From NCBI RefSeq assembly GCF_006345805.1, contig NC_043005.1:15128001-15192000 (forward strand): a DNA stretch of 64,000 bases, in the 5' to 3' direction. The notes under the pieces are model-generated. The model made no database searches, was not told the origin of the DNA, and saw only the letters and a program-made list of their open reading frames with translations. Made by a program: the position numbers and the translations under genes. The first letter of the stretch is position 1; each line of letters begins with the position of its first letter. This DNA is from Octopus sinensis (Eukaryota). This document shows, in pieces, positions 27,022 through 41,450 of the stretch.

Positions 27022-29347
27022 TACATACATGCATGTATGCATGCATATATACATAAATACATACATACATACATGCATGCATACATACATACATGCATAC
27101 ATACATACGTACATACATACATACATACATACATACATACATACGTACATGCATACATACGTACATGCATACATACATACATACATACTTACATACATAC
27201 ATGCATACATACATACATGCATGCATACATGCATGCATACATACATACATACATACATACATACATACATACATACATACATACATACATACATACATAC
27301 ATGCATACATACTTACATACATACATGCATACATACATACATACATGCATACATACATACATACATACATACATACATACATGCATGCATACATACATAC
27401 ATACATACGTACATACATACATACATACATACATGCATGCATACATACATACATACATACATACATACATACATACATACATACATGCATGCATACATAC
27501 ATACATGCATGCATACATACATACATACATACATACATAAATACATACATACATACATACATACATACATACATACATACATACATAAATACATACATAC
27601 ATACATACATACATACATACATAAATTCATACATACATACATACGTACATGCATACATACATACATACATGCATGCATACATACATACATACATACATAC
27701 ATACATACATACATACATACATACTTACATACATACATGCATACATACATACATACATACATACGTACATGCATACATACATACATGCATACATACATAC
27801 ATACATACATACATACATACATGCATGCATACATACATACATGCATGCATACATACATACATACATACATAAATACATACATACATACATACATACATAC
27901 ATACATACATACATACATAAATACATACATACATACATACATACATACATACATACATAAATTCATACATACATACATACGTACATGCATACATACATAC
28001 ATACATGCATGCATACATACGTACATGCATACATACATACATACATACATACATACATACATACATACATACATACATACATACATACTTACATACATAC
28101 ATGCATACATACATACATACATACATACGTACATGCATACATACATACATACATGCATGCATACATACATACATACATACATACATACATACATACATAC
28201 ATACATACATACATACATGCATGCATACATACATACATACATACATACATACATACATACATACTTACATACATACATGCATACATACATACATACATAC
28301 ATACGTACATGCATACATACATACATACATGCATGCATACATACATACATACATACATACATACATACATACATACATACATACATACATACATACATAC
28401 ATACATGCATGCATACATACATACATACATACATACATACATACATACATGCATGCATACATACATACATACATACATACATACATACATACATAAATTC
28501 ATACATACATACATGCATACATACATACATACATACATAAATTCATACATACATACATGCATACATACATACATACATGCATACATACATACATACATAC
28601 ATACATACATACATACATGCATGCATACATACATACATACATACATACACATACATACATACATACATACATGCATGCATACATACATACATACATACAT
28701 ACATACATACATACATACATGCATGCATACATACATACATACATACATACATACATACATAAATTCATACATACATACATGCATACATACATACATACAT
28801 GCATACATACATGCATGTATACATACATACATACATACATACATGCATGCATACATACATACATACATACATACATACATGCATGCATACATAAATTCAT
28901 ACATACATACATGCATACATACATACATACATGCATACATACATGCATGTATACATACATACATACATACATACATGCATGCATACATACATACATACAT
29001 ACATACATACATACATGCATGCATACATACATACATACATACATACATACATACATACATAAATTCATACATACATACATGCATACATACATACATACAT
29101 GCATACATACATGCATGTATACATACATACATACATACATACATGCATGCATACATACATACATACATACATACATACATACATGCATGCATACATACAT
29201 ACATACATACATACATACATACATACATACATACATAAATTCATACATACATACATGCATACATACATACATACATGCATACATACATACATACATGCAT
29301 ACATACATGCATGTATACATACATACATACATACATACATGCATACA

Positions 29348-29377
<30 letters not shown>
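27022..29377. repeat. 2.35-kb (CATA)n minisatellite with CATG, CGTA, CTTA and AAATT variant units
   Basis: Direct reading. It generates all the HTYI/MYVC ORFs in the track. Confidence 0.98.
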
Positions 29378-29378
<1 letters not shown>

Positions 29379-29761
29379 CAGGGCTGACTGAAACCTTGTT
29401 AGTGGATTTGGTTGACAGAAACTGAAAGAAGCCTGTTGTATATTTGTGTGTGTATGTGTGAGTGTGTGTGTGTGTGTCTGTGTGTGTGTGTGTGTACTCA
29501 CATATACACACATACACATGTATGTGTGAGAGTGTGTTTCTGTGCACGTGTTTGCATCTCCTTGTCATGTGACATCATGGATAGTTGTAGATGAGTGTCA
29601 TTGTCACATAAGCAGTGTCATTCATTTCCAAATTCTGCAAAAACATGTGTGGCCATAAAGAAATAGTACCTTGCTTGGAAACAGGAGAGGGTTGGTGACA
29701 GGAAGACCCATAGTCATAGAAGATCAGTCGCAATATATATGTATATATATGTGTGTGTGTG

Positions 29762-29792
<31 letters not shown>

Positions 29793-29904
29793 ATATATAT
29801 ATGTATGTATGTATGTATATAGATGTATATGTATATATATATATATATGTATATATGAATATATATATATGTCATGTATATGTATATGTAGATATATATA
29901 TATG

Positions 29905-29943
<39 letters not shown>

Positions 29944-30000
29944 AACTAGGTATATATATATAAATCTATATCTATCTATCTATCTATATATATTTATATA

Positions 30001-30330
30001 TGGCCCCCGTGCCGGTGGCACGTAAAAGCACCATCCGTTCGTGGCCATTGCCAGCCTCGCCTGGCCCCCGTGCCGGTGGCACGTAAAAAGCACCATCCGT
30101 CCGTGGACGTTTGCCAGCTCCGTCTGGCACCTGTGTGGGTGGCACGTAAAAAGCACCCACTACACTCACAGAGTGGTTGGCGTTAGGAAGGGCATCCAGC
30201 CATAGAAACACTGCCAGATCAGACTGGGCCTGATGCAGCCTTCTGGCTTCACAGACCCCAGTTGAACCGTCCAACCCATGCTAGCATGGAAAGCAGACGC
30301 TAAATGATGATGATGATGATGATGATGAAT
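30001..30330 (+). mobile_element. Family D repeat with 5' tandem subrepeats and an (ATG)n tail
   Basis: The subrepeat gtgccggtggcacgtaaaa(a)gcacc occurs three times, then ggcgttaggaagggcatccagc..aaatgatgatg. Older copies lie at about 34065-34392 and 35690-35872. Confidence 0.8.
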
Positions 30331-31656
30331 CAAAATAAGCAACAAGGATATCCAGAGGTAATGTAGTACGATCGTTTCATGCAACCTCATTTAATTGAAC
30401 AATGCAATCATTACATCAACTTAAAATGCAGAACAATCTTCAGCTGCACAAAGACATAGAATTTAAATAAATTAGAACAGATGTACACATTAGTATAATT
30501 ATACTTGAAATCTCCAAGAAGTTAAGGAGATAGACAAAGAATATGATGTCCCAACGACAGTATAGAAGTTACTCAATTTTTCAAGAAAATATACATTGTT
30601 ACAGATTCTGTCTGTCACTAATTTTTTTGTTTTTATGGGGTCAGTTTTAATTTATAGACTAGTTTATGAAATCCCTTGTATATCTAAGGCTGAGAGAACA
30701 GAGGATTGTATCTATTAGGGATAGGGCTGAGGGAGCAGACAGACATCGTAGTTGGTATAGTCATAAAAATCAAGATTTATTAGAAGCAATATCATAAGGT
30801 TTGGTAAAGGAAAACTTAAAACAATATGTTAGCTGACAATTAGGGGGGGGGGCACTAGCAGACCATTGATAATGAAACAGGGGAAGTCTTATCATAGAGT
30901 ACTATAGTTAAATATTTTACAGAATGTTGCTATATTGTATACAGTTGAAGTTTAGGGCTATTCATAGAAGAATATTATAACAGAAGGATAGAAATTTATG
31001 AATACTTTTGAGTATATACCAAACTTTTACCACAATAGAGGGAGGAAAAGAAATTATCCAGAAATAGTTTAATATTTATACATATTGTACACTTAAATGC
31101 TAACTCATTAGATGGTATCTGTGAATATTGATTAATTGGTAATATACAGGTATTAATAAAGGAGTATTGAGGTAAGGGAACATGCTAATTATATATTTAA
31201 AAAATTATAATCTAAGCAGTTTTTTTATAAGTAGTGAATACACCAGTATAGTTTTATATAAGCTAAGTATGAATTTATAGAGATACAAAAATTAGATTAA
31301 TTTTATAAATAAATAAAGGCTAATTATAAAATAATAAAAAGATAAAATAAAATAATCAAGTAGGGCAGAACACCATAGAAAAGGAAATAAAATAGCCTAA
31401 TTATTAATACTATGGTAAAGTATATGTAGCTTATTAACACCAATAGAGAAGATTTTTAGAAAAAGTATAATAATTCAAAATATATTAGATTAAAAATTAT
31501 ATATTTACTTATTTAGCTAGTATCAATAAAAGACTGATGTTTGGTATCAGCTAAATAAATATTTAAGTCATGGAACAATCATATTTTTACACTAATCTTT
31601 TTTTTAAAAACTAAGGGTTATATTATAGGTTTAAGAAGTTATTATTGTTACTCCCT

Positions 31657-32060
31657 AGACACCCATAAAATTATCAACCATCTTACAAACAATAACTCTG
31701 AGCACCTTTTCAAACTCCACCCGTCTAACACCCATGGACATATTTACAAAGTCAGAAAACAGCACAGCTCCCATGACTTCAGGAAACATTTTTTCACGCT
31801 GAGAGTTGCTGAAGCATGGAACAAACTGCCGGCATCGGTTGTTAGTTGTCAGAGCACTGCATCCTTCAAAACTTCCATGCTTCCTGAGATTCGCCAACAT
31901 TACACTTGATTTTCTCCCCTCCATACACACACAAGCATGTATCTGACTCATACATTGTTCGCTTTCCAGACATTTCTACATTACTGCATGTACTTTATAT
32001 GCACTTTCTGACAAGTTGTGGTGCACCTGAGCACTGTATACAATAATTTCATTATTATTA
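31657..32060 (+). mobile_element. CR1-clade LINE 3' end
   Basis: Same family as 9519-9860. Confidence 0.85.
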
Positions 32061-32227
32061 TATTTATAGTTTCTTAGTGGTACTTGTTTAGAAGGGTTAT
32101 TTATATAAAGGCCCTCATAAATACTAACATTAAGAGGGTAGAGGCATTTATGAACGAGATAAATCAAATAATTTCTTAAGATCATTTCAAACAATATTGT
32201 CTTATTGTATAAAGTTAAAATTTAGGG

Positions 32228-32450
32228 TACTCTTTTACTCTTTTACTTGTTTCAGTCATTTGACTGCGGCCATGCTGGAGCACCACCTTTAGTCGAGCAA
32301 ATCGACCCTGGGACTTATTCTTTGTAAGCCCAGTACTTATTCTATTGGTCTCTTTTGCCGAACTGCTAGGTAACGGGGACATAAACACACCAGCATCAGT
32401 TGTCAAGCAATGCTAGAGGGACAAACACAGACACACAAACATACACACAC

Positions 32451-32484
<34 letters not shown>

Positions 32485-32656
32485 CATATATACGACAGGC
32501 TTCTTTTAGTTTCCGTCTACCAAATCCACTCACAAGGCTTTGGTCAGCCCGAGGCTATAGCAGAAGACACCTGCCCAAGATGCCATGCAGTGGGACTGAA
32601 CCCGGAACCATGTGGTTGGCTAGCAAGCTACTTACCACACAGCCACTCCTGCGCCT
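32228..32656 (-). mobile_element. SINE family A, full length
   Basis: Family A consensus. Confidence 0.9.
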
Positions 32657-33102
32657 ATCAAGAAGATTATTAAGAATGAAATTTTAACAAAAGGTTAAAA
32701 CTTCACCATTAACATCTTTCATCACATGATGATGTATATATCAATCATGTAATATTTTGAATTTACATTAATTAAAATCCTTTGATTACTTAACAGAAAT
32801 CAACCTGGTATTTATTTATGAAACAATTTGACCTTTACAACTTTCACTTTCATCTAAAGAATGATGACAGAATATTTTGACACATCATAAGTAAACACAT
32901 AGTTGCCATGGACCAACAAGAAAATCTCTACATGGTCATTCAATACATAATGCTGAAAATAGCAGTCAAATTTCTCCTTAAATAATATTTCATTCTTTTA
33001 GATAGAAAAAGTTGAAGGCAACCTTTGACTTTTTCTATCCAAAATGGTTTTTTCAACCAAATATTCACCCAGTATTTACATACTGTTATTTATAGCTTTA
33101 TG

Positions 33103-33500
33103 CTCTTTTACTTGTTTCAGTCATTTGACTGCGGCCATGCTAGAGCACCGCCTTTAGTTGAGCAAATCGACCCCAGGACTTATTCTTTGGAAGCCTAGTC
33201 CATATTCTATCGGTCTCTTTTGCCGAACTGGGAAGGTTCAGGGGATGTAAACACACCAGCATCGGTTGTCAAGCGATGTTATGGGGACAAACACAGACAC
33301 ACAAACATATACACATACATACATATATATATACATATATACGACGGGCTTCTTTCAGTTTCTGTCTACCAAATCCACTCACAAGACTTTGGTTGGCCCG
33401 AGGCTATAGTAGAAAACACTTGCCCAAGGTGCTATACAGTGGGAGTGAACCTGGAACCATGTAGTTGGTGAGCAAGCTACTTACCACACAGCCACACCTG
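33103..33500 (-). mobile_element. SINE family A
   Basis: Family A consensus. Confidence 0.88.
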
Positions 33501-34609
33501 CTTTAAGATATTCCAAAACTGAATTATTTCATATTCTCTCGAAAGTTTATAAAATTCTTATGATATCAGCAATACACACACACACACACACATTGGTCAC
33601 TCTATGATCAGATATATATTTAACTTCATGTAAATATGTCTGTGTGTGTGTGTGTGTGTGTGTGTATGTATGCATGGATGTATGTATATACACAATGACC
33701 TTCTTTCAGTTTCTGTCTACTAAATTCACTCACCAGACTTTGGTTAATGTGGGGGCTATCATAGTAGACATTTTTCCTAAGGTGTTGCATGGTGGGACAG
33801 AGCCTGAAATCACATGGTTTGGAAGTAAACTTCTTAACCACACAGCCATGCCTGTTTATGTGTATAGACCCCACCACACACACACACACACACACACAGC
33901 ACTTGCTGTATGTTCTACTCAAAGGATGGGACAACACTAACATGTGTATGCCTTAATTGATGATAATTTCTGCCATGCACTATGTAAATATTAAAAATTA
34001 ACAGAGATGATACTTATTGTTACACTCATCAGTAGATAGTGAGGATTGGCAGATTCCTCATAATCAGCTTATGTTATTTAAGCACTAAAAAGCACCATCC
34101 AAACGTGACCAAAGCCAGTAACCCCTGACCGCCTCCTGTGCTGGTGACACATAAAAAGCACTATCCGAACATTATTGATGTCAGATCTTCCTGACTGGTG
34201 GTGGTGGCATATAAAAAGCACCCACTACACTCTTGGAGTGGTTGGTGTTAGGATGGGTATCCAGCTGTAGAAACATTCCCAGATCAGATTGGAGCCTGGT
34301 GCAGCTGCTGGCTCTCCAGACCTCAGTCAAACCATCCAACTCATGGCAGCATGGAAAACGGATGTTGGATATTAAACAATGATGATGACGATTTTAAGGC
34401 AGCAAGCTGGCAGAAACGTTAGCACACCAGGTGAAATGCTAAGTGGTATTTTGTTTGTCTTTATGTTCTGAGTTCAAATTCCGCCCAAGGTTGACTTTGA
34501 CTTTCATCCTTTCCAGATCGATAAATTAAGTACCAGTTGCATATTGGGGTTGATCTAATTGACTGGCCTTATCCATGCTTGGCCAGTATACAAAACTTTG
34601 CATCAGCAC

Positions 34610-34993
34610 TTACATTCTAGAGATGCCTGGGTGTCCCACATGAAACTCTTTTAGCATTCTCTTCTGTAATGTCTGTGGTATGACCACCTGCTGAGCATAC
34701 ATTAGTACACCAACATACATAGAGTACACATTCACACCTTGGCAGTTCTTTGCATCAAATCTTTCTTTATTTCCTTTTGTTGACCACAGTTTTCTTTTTG
34801 TCTCATTAATAAATTTGTCATTTCTTATGTTTCTTGTTATTTCTTCCAAAGTTACTGGTAGTTCACACACAATGTTCCACATCACTTTTTTTTGTTTCAG
34901 CTCATCAACCTTGTTCGATCGTTTGACTGCCCCGTTTATGCTATTGTACAAAATGCTTATGGGTGTATCCCATAAATCAATTTCTTCAAACAT
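34610..34993 (-). mobile_element. Ty3/Gypsy pol fragment (region just upstream of and including the start of the integrase Zn-binding domain)
   Basis: GVLMYAQQVVIPQTLQKRMLKEFHVGHPGISRM matches the VVIP..L...L..H.GHPG...M motif of Gypsy pol. No LTRs seen. Confidence 0.75.
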
Positions 34994-36254
34994 TCGGTGC
35001 CAAATAAATTCCTGGATTTTTTCAACTCATAAACATTCTGAGTTCAAATTTACACAACAAGATTTTTGTTTCTTATTTGTTGAGGTACTAAATTTTCCAA
35101 GTGAATTAGTTTAAACTCTCCGTGTGAATGTTTTATACACTCTGTGTAAATTTGTTTTTCCTCATTGCCACTGTTGGAAAGTGGTCTTTTGCCACCTTTG
35201 TTTCTGTCTTTTGACAACGGTTGTCACTCTGACAGATATTGTTATATTCTGAAGTCGTTGATAAAATGGTTCTATCTTGCACTGTACAACCCCCAGTCAT
35301 ACAGTGTTATTATCCTCAAAAGGTTGGATCATTAACACTCAGTATCACAGTATGGTTACTATATCACCATAGACACGGCTATCAACACAGTCTACACATA
35401 CTCTTGACCTTCCACCTTCTCCTGTCAACCAGCTACTAGTCTACTTATAATGGCTCCCTCCTACCACTTTTTACCGGGAGGGGTGTACAGTTTCATTATA
35501 CAACATTACTACCACCCTCTCTTCTATAATGTGAGTAGTCAAGTAGCTTCTCTACAGCAAGACATTTGTTCTGATTGGGCCTCTCCTTTCATACTAAGAC
35601 TTCTCATCTCCCAGGATGAAGCAACTTCCATCTCTGCTGAAACCTTACTCTGCAGAAAAGGATCATAGTCTCGCATGTTGAATAGCAACCTCACCAATGC
35701 TGGTACTATGAAAAACCCCCAGTAGTCAAGTGGTTGCACTAGGAAGGGCATCCAGCCATAGAAACAATGACAAAGTCAAAATTGGAGCATATTGCAGTCC
35801 TCTGACCCATGGATTCTGTCACACTGCCCGACCCATGCCAGCATAGAAAATGGATGTTAAGAGATGATGATAAGGAAGACAGAAAAATGGGGACGCTTCT
35901 TCGTCCCTTATCATCTCACCCAACCCTGTCATGGAACCTTTAAATAGCTGCTCAAGCTAGGAATAGTGGCCAAATCTCCTGGTTTATTATAACCTTCTTT
36001 GAATGGATGAATATACTAGATCAGGTAACCCTGAACATATAATATTTGTGTATATTGTGGGGAGGGTTTACTAACTGTATTTTAGATTTGATTTACTAAC
36101 AAAAAAATGTTTTATGTGAGGATAAGCTTGGCAGAAGTAGTTCACATGTTTCGCTTGGAATAGCTTCTTCACATCCTGGCAGAAAAAGCAAGCTAGTCTA
36201 ACAATAAGAAAATCTTGATGGGTTGCGAAATAACAATGAAATTGGGTAATATAC

Positions 36255-36487
36255 TATTTCTTTATTACCCACAAGGGACTAAACATAGAGGGGACAAACA
36301 AGGACAGACATAGGGATTAAGTCGATTACATCGACCCCAGTGTGTAACTGGTACTTAATTTATCGACCCCGAAAGGATGAAAGGCAAAGTCGACGTCGGC
36401 GGAATTTGAACTCAGAACGTAACGGCAGACGAAATACCGCTAAGCATTTCGCCCGGCATGCTAACGTTTCTGCCAGCTCGCCGCCTT
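36255..36487 (-). mobile_element. SINE family B, full length, young
   Basis: 14-bp TSD attgggtaatatac at 36241-36254 and 36488-36501. Confidence 0.92.
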
Positions 36488-37299
36488 ATTGGGTAATATA
36501 CCCTTTATCCTAAGCTATTAAAGATGCTCTCATGGGGCTAATTTCAAGACTATTCAGTATCTGGACTAAGTGGGGAGGGATGTAGATTTTGAGGGAAGCC
36601 TTGATCTGATCCAGGAGAGTGTGTGTGGTTTCTTTAAATGATGTTATTGCTTTAATTATAACAATGCTTAAACACTTTTTAAAAAATATTTTGAGTAATT
36701 AAAAAAAATGACTATGATGCTCTCCAACTACTCCTGCTTGTGACCAGAGATGCACATATCATCAGCCACTAAGGGACATGCTCAACTGGTGATGGTCAAG
36801 CAGCTGACAAGCAAATCTGTAGTATTGAGTAGAATATTTGTTGTAGCCCATATTTTATACCAAGACAAAACATGTACAGGATAACAGTATTATTATTAGT
36901 AGTAGTATTAGTATTAAATCTTGCCATTTAGATATATGGATCCCATTTTACCCCAGGTATAATAATTTTGTTTTACCTGTTGTATCACATTAGACTGTCC
37001 AATTAGCTGATAAATTCTTATTTTATTTTATTTTATTTGTGTATTTATTTTAGTTTTCAACCAGCTACTGAATACAAGCTTATTGTAAGCAGAGCAGAGT
37101 AAGAGGCTAGGGAAGGAGAAGAAACAGAAGGGAGAAAGGGCAGTTGCTTACGTACAGGATATCTTGACTTCATCAAAAGGAACAGCTAAGAGATGTGAAG
37201 TATATCAAGCAGCACATTTCCTGCCAAGTCGTTAACAAGAAGTGTGAAGAGATCTTATCGAAATAAAGATAAGACACTACTATTACGACTACAACTAGT

Positions 37300-37330
37300 A
37301 ATGATAATGATGATGATGATGATGATGATG

Positions 37331-37379
<49 letters not shown>

Positions 37380-37406
37380 TAATAATAATAATAATAATAA
37401 TAATAG

Positions 37407-37437
<31 letters not shown>

Positions 37438-37600
37438 TGATGATGATGATGATGATGTAATAATAATAATAATAATGATAATAATGATAATAATAATGAT
37501 AATAATAATAATAATAATAATAATATGATGATGATGATGATAATAATAATAATGATAATAATAATAATAATGATAATAAAAATAATAATAATAATGATAA
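37300..37600. repeat. (ATA)n/(ATG)n trinucleotide array
   Basis: Direct reading; source of the poly-I/M/N/D ORFs. Confidence 0.95.
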
Positions 37601-38139
37601 TCCTTTCTTTATTTGGCTACAGGTATCTCTCTCTCCCTCTCACAAGCACACACACACACACACACACAAAGTGTTTTGTAGAAAATGGTTACAAGTGTTG
37701 TACTTATACAACAGATGGAGGAGGGACAAAAATGTAATAGAAAAGATAGGGTCACAAACATACCGTAACAGATAAGGATCTCAATCTTGAATCTCTTCTC
37801 CAGGCCCGACCATCATCTACTTTGATTACCTACCTGTACATTCCCACGTGCAATCTCCAGGTAGAATTCAAATTCATACATGCACAAATTTTACCCCTTC
37901 CAGTCATCTTTGAGTAAGTTTTCACCTTTAATAACAAATAATAATTAATAGCACAGACTCAAGGCTAGAAATTTGTTGGGGTGGGAACAATCAATTATTT
38001 TGACTCCAGTGACCTGAGAAAGATAAGAAGTAAAGTTGACCTTAGTGGTATTTGAACCTAGAAGTAAAGGACTGTGAATAACTACCACAAGGTATTTTGT
38101 CTGATGCTCTAATATTTCTGGCAGTCTCTATATAATAAT

Positions 38140-38444
38140 CACGTGATCACGTGACCGACCAGACCATCAGATGTTGTTACACATCGCTAGTCACAATGCG
38201 TTCGCATTATTTTAGCCTTCAAATGATGCCACCCTGCTGGCTAAGCGAGCAGGCCAACAGAAGAAAGAGTAGGAGAAAGAGTGGTGAAAGAGTACAGCAG
38301 GGATCACCACCCCCTGCCGGAGCATCGTGGAACTTTTAGGTGTTTTCGCTCAATAAACACTCACAACGCCTGGTCTGGGAATCGAAACCGTGATCCTACG
38401 ACCGCGAGTCCACTGCCTTAACCACTGGGCCATTGCGCCTCCAC
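38140..38444 (-). mobile_element. SINE family C, full length, tail with tandem CACGTG
   Basis: tRNA-like head gtggaggcgcaatggcccagtggtta. 12-bp TSD ctatataataat at 38128-38139 and 38445-38456. Confidence 0.9.
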
Positions 38445-39189
38445 CTATATAATAATAGCCAATATAAATCTTGGTTGGCTGGCTGGTTGATTCCTCCAGT
38501 CACGCTTTACATCATATCCAGAGAATGGGGAGACAGAGCATAAAAGAGAGATACAGAGAGAGTTAGCAAAAGATGTTCAGGATGAATGCACATATGAGGC
38601 TTGGTGGTAGATAATGGATAAAGGAAAAAACACACACACACAGTGAGAGAAAACGTCATAGAGACAATATAGTAAAAAGAGGAGTTACACAAATAAGAAA
38701 TTTGCTTCATTTAATTTTAAGGTAATAAATGTTTTTCTTTAGAAAATTAATATTCATTTCATAATTTTGCATAAGCACCGAGAAATATGATGAAGGTTAA
38801 ATTATAATTATTGCACATATGATAATACAAACTGTGCAGCATCTCTGCCAAAACAACGGTCATATTGCCTGCTCTAACATGTGAACATAAATCATATGGG
38901 GTGAAGTGTAACCATAACCATATAGACATGTGTTCTCTCCATTGTCCTGTCTATTTCTGTACTTTTGCTGCTGTTGTTTAGCTGTAGGTCAGCTCTGATC
39001 AAGTAGACCTATGATTGAACAGTAATCTACTCTTAACAATGACATTGTTTAATGTTTCTCTATCACAGCATATAGACAGCATTTAGATGCTTGGTTTCAG
39101 CACATCTGATTGCCTTTTGGTAAAGCAGAGCTATACAGCACCAAACTCATTGATGGTCCTTTCTTTAACCATTTAATGGGAGATAGCCT

Positions 39190-39376
39190 TTTTTTTATGC
39201 GCCCTTTTCAAGGCTAGCCAGGCTCATGGGCCCGGTTTCTTGGTTTCTGTGGCATATGTGTTCCCCCCAGGTGTTTTCGCTCAATAAACACACACAACGC
39301 CCGGTCTGGGAATCGAAACCAAGATCCTCCGACCGCGAGTCCACTGCCCTAACCACTGGGCCATTGCATCTCCATA
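39190..39376 (-). mobile_element. Short chimeric SINE (family C head plus C2-type 3' end, poly(A))
   Basis: 11-bp TSD ggagatagcct at 39179-39189 and 39377-39387. Confidence 0.85.
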
Positions 39377-39520
39377 GGAGATAGCCTACCAATTTATAAT
39401 AGACCATTTATCACAGAAGAGGCAAAAAAAAAAAATGCTTGGAAAGGTCAAGAAACAAGATATCAGGTTGAGATAACATCTCAACCATCATCTGGAAGAG
39501 TTCACTTTTGCACAAACATT

Positions 39521-40340
39521 TACTCTTTTACTTGTTTCAGTCATTTGACTGCGGCCATGCTGGAGCACCGCCTTTAGTCAAGCAAATCGACCCCAGGACT
39601 TATTCTTTGTAAGCCCAGTACTTATTCTATCAGTCTCTTTTGCCGAACCGCTAAGTGACGGGGACGTACACACACCAGCATCGGTTGTCAAGCAATGCTA
39701 GGGAGACAAACACAGACACACAAATACATATATATATATATACATATATACGACAGGCTTCTTTCAGTTTCCGTCTACCAAATCCACTCACAAGGCATTG
39801 GTTGGCCCGGGGCTATAGCAGAAGACACTTGCCCAAGATGCCACGCAGTGGGACTGAACCCGGAACCATGTGGCTGGTTAGTGAGACCAACAAAGGAAAC
39901 AAATCAACAGCCTTTTCAGTTTTCACTTATTTCACTTCTAAAGAAAGGTAATCTCCATACTACAGAGAAATTATACTCCCATCTTTAAACCTAAAAAAAA
40001 ATTATAAATCCAATGTCTTTAATAGAATTTCCCTTCATAGGCGCAGGAGTGGCTGTGTGGTAAGTAGCTTGCTAACCAACCACATGGTTCCGGGTTCAGT
40101 CCCACTGCGTGGCACCTTGGGCAAGTGTCTTCTACTATAGCCTCGGGCCGACCAAAGCCTTGTGAGTGGATTTGGTTGACGGAAACTGAAAAGAATCCCG
40201 TCGTATATATATATATATATATATATGCATGTGTGTGTTTGTGTGTCTGTGTTTGTCCCCCTAGCATTGCTTGACAACCGATTCTGAGTGTGTGTGTTGA
40301 GTGTCCCTGTTACTTAGTCGTTCTGCAAAAGAGACCGATA
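39521..40340. mobile_element. Two SINE A copies in inverted, head-to-head orientation (39521-39880 minus; 40040-40340 plus)
   Basis: Family A consensus on opposite strands, about 160 bp apart. Confidence 0.88.
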
Positions 40341-40399
40341 CCAGAGATCCAAACCAAGAGCATCGACTGTATTTGAAAGCATCAATAGAAGGCCATGGT

Positions 40400-41450
40400 A
40401 TATACCCTGTTAAATTATGAAGACCCTGATGAGATTGTCAAAGCTATCATCAACAAGCTTTGCACAAAGGAAAGATTATGCAACTAAAGAGTTTCTAACA
40501 ACAGCAGGGATCCTTCAAGGGGACACTCTAGTTCTTTTTTTTGTGACTGTAGGGAACTACATCCTTAGGCAAAGACTTCACCATGAGGTAGGTGTAATCA
40601 AGATGGCAGCAGAATAAATATTTTTCTGACCTTGACTGTAATGATGATTTAACACTCACAGTTCATTAACTATATGATGTACAAGAGTTGCCAACATCCA
40701 TTGAAAATGTTATGACCAAAGTCAAACTATTTCTCATTGCAAAGAAGACTGAGTATATGCCATCATCAAAGATGAAAGTTACCTATTTCTTTACTAGCCA
40801 CAAGGGGTTAAACACAGAGGGGACAAACAAGGACAGACACGCGGATTAAGTTAATTATATCGACCCCAGTGCGTAACTGGTACTTATTCAATTGACCCCG
40901 AAAGGATGAAAGGCAAAGTTGATGTCGGCGGATATTTGAACTCAGAACGTAACAGTAGACGCAATACTGGTGAGCATTTCGCCCGGCGTGCTAACGATTC
41001 TGCCAGCTGTTAATGTATTCCACACAAGGAAGTCAGTGACTTCAAGTACCTTGGGTCCTATATTGGTGACAGTAAGAAAGACATGCAAGGAACAAATCTG
41101 GAGAACATGTAACAAGCATCAAAGCATGTGGCAATCAAGTATCTAAATGTAAACAAGACTGGACTTCTTCAAGACATGTTTAGAGAACATTTTTTTCCTA
41201 TGGAGCTGAAAACTTGAACAATGAAGCAGTTTTAAGATTGCCTTAATGGTATGTACATCAGATTTCTCAAAAAGACTCAAAACATATCACAAATTGAGTT
41301 CAAAATCAAGAGAAGCTTTATGAACATATTCCACCCAACTGCTGTTGCTCAATGCAAGGAATGCTTTGAACACCAGACCATATCAGATGATATATTACTG
41401 AAAGACTTCCACGCCTGAAGAGAGATTGAAGACTGCTCAACTACAGTGAA
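40400..41450 (+). mobile_element. Heavily decayed RTE-like RT fragment interrupted by SINE B (40783-41008)
   Basis: GILQGDTL.., KKTEYM, EVSDFKYLGSYI and YGAET motifs in broken frames. Confidence 0.65.

Noticed and set aside
26777-29568. Many long ORFs (up to 525 aa) of HTYI/MYVC repeats
   Set aside because: Translations of the (CATA)n array, which lacks stops in most frames. There is no evidence of coding function.
37244-37737. Poly-Ile/Met/Asn/Asp ORFs
   Set aside because: Trinucleotide microsatellite translations.
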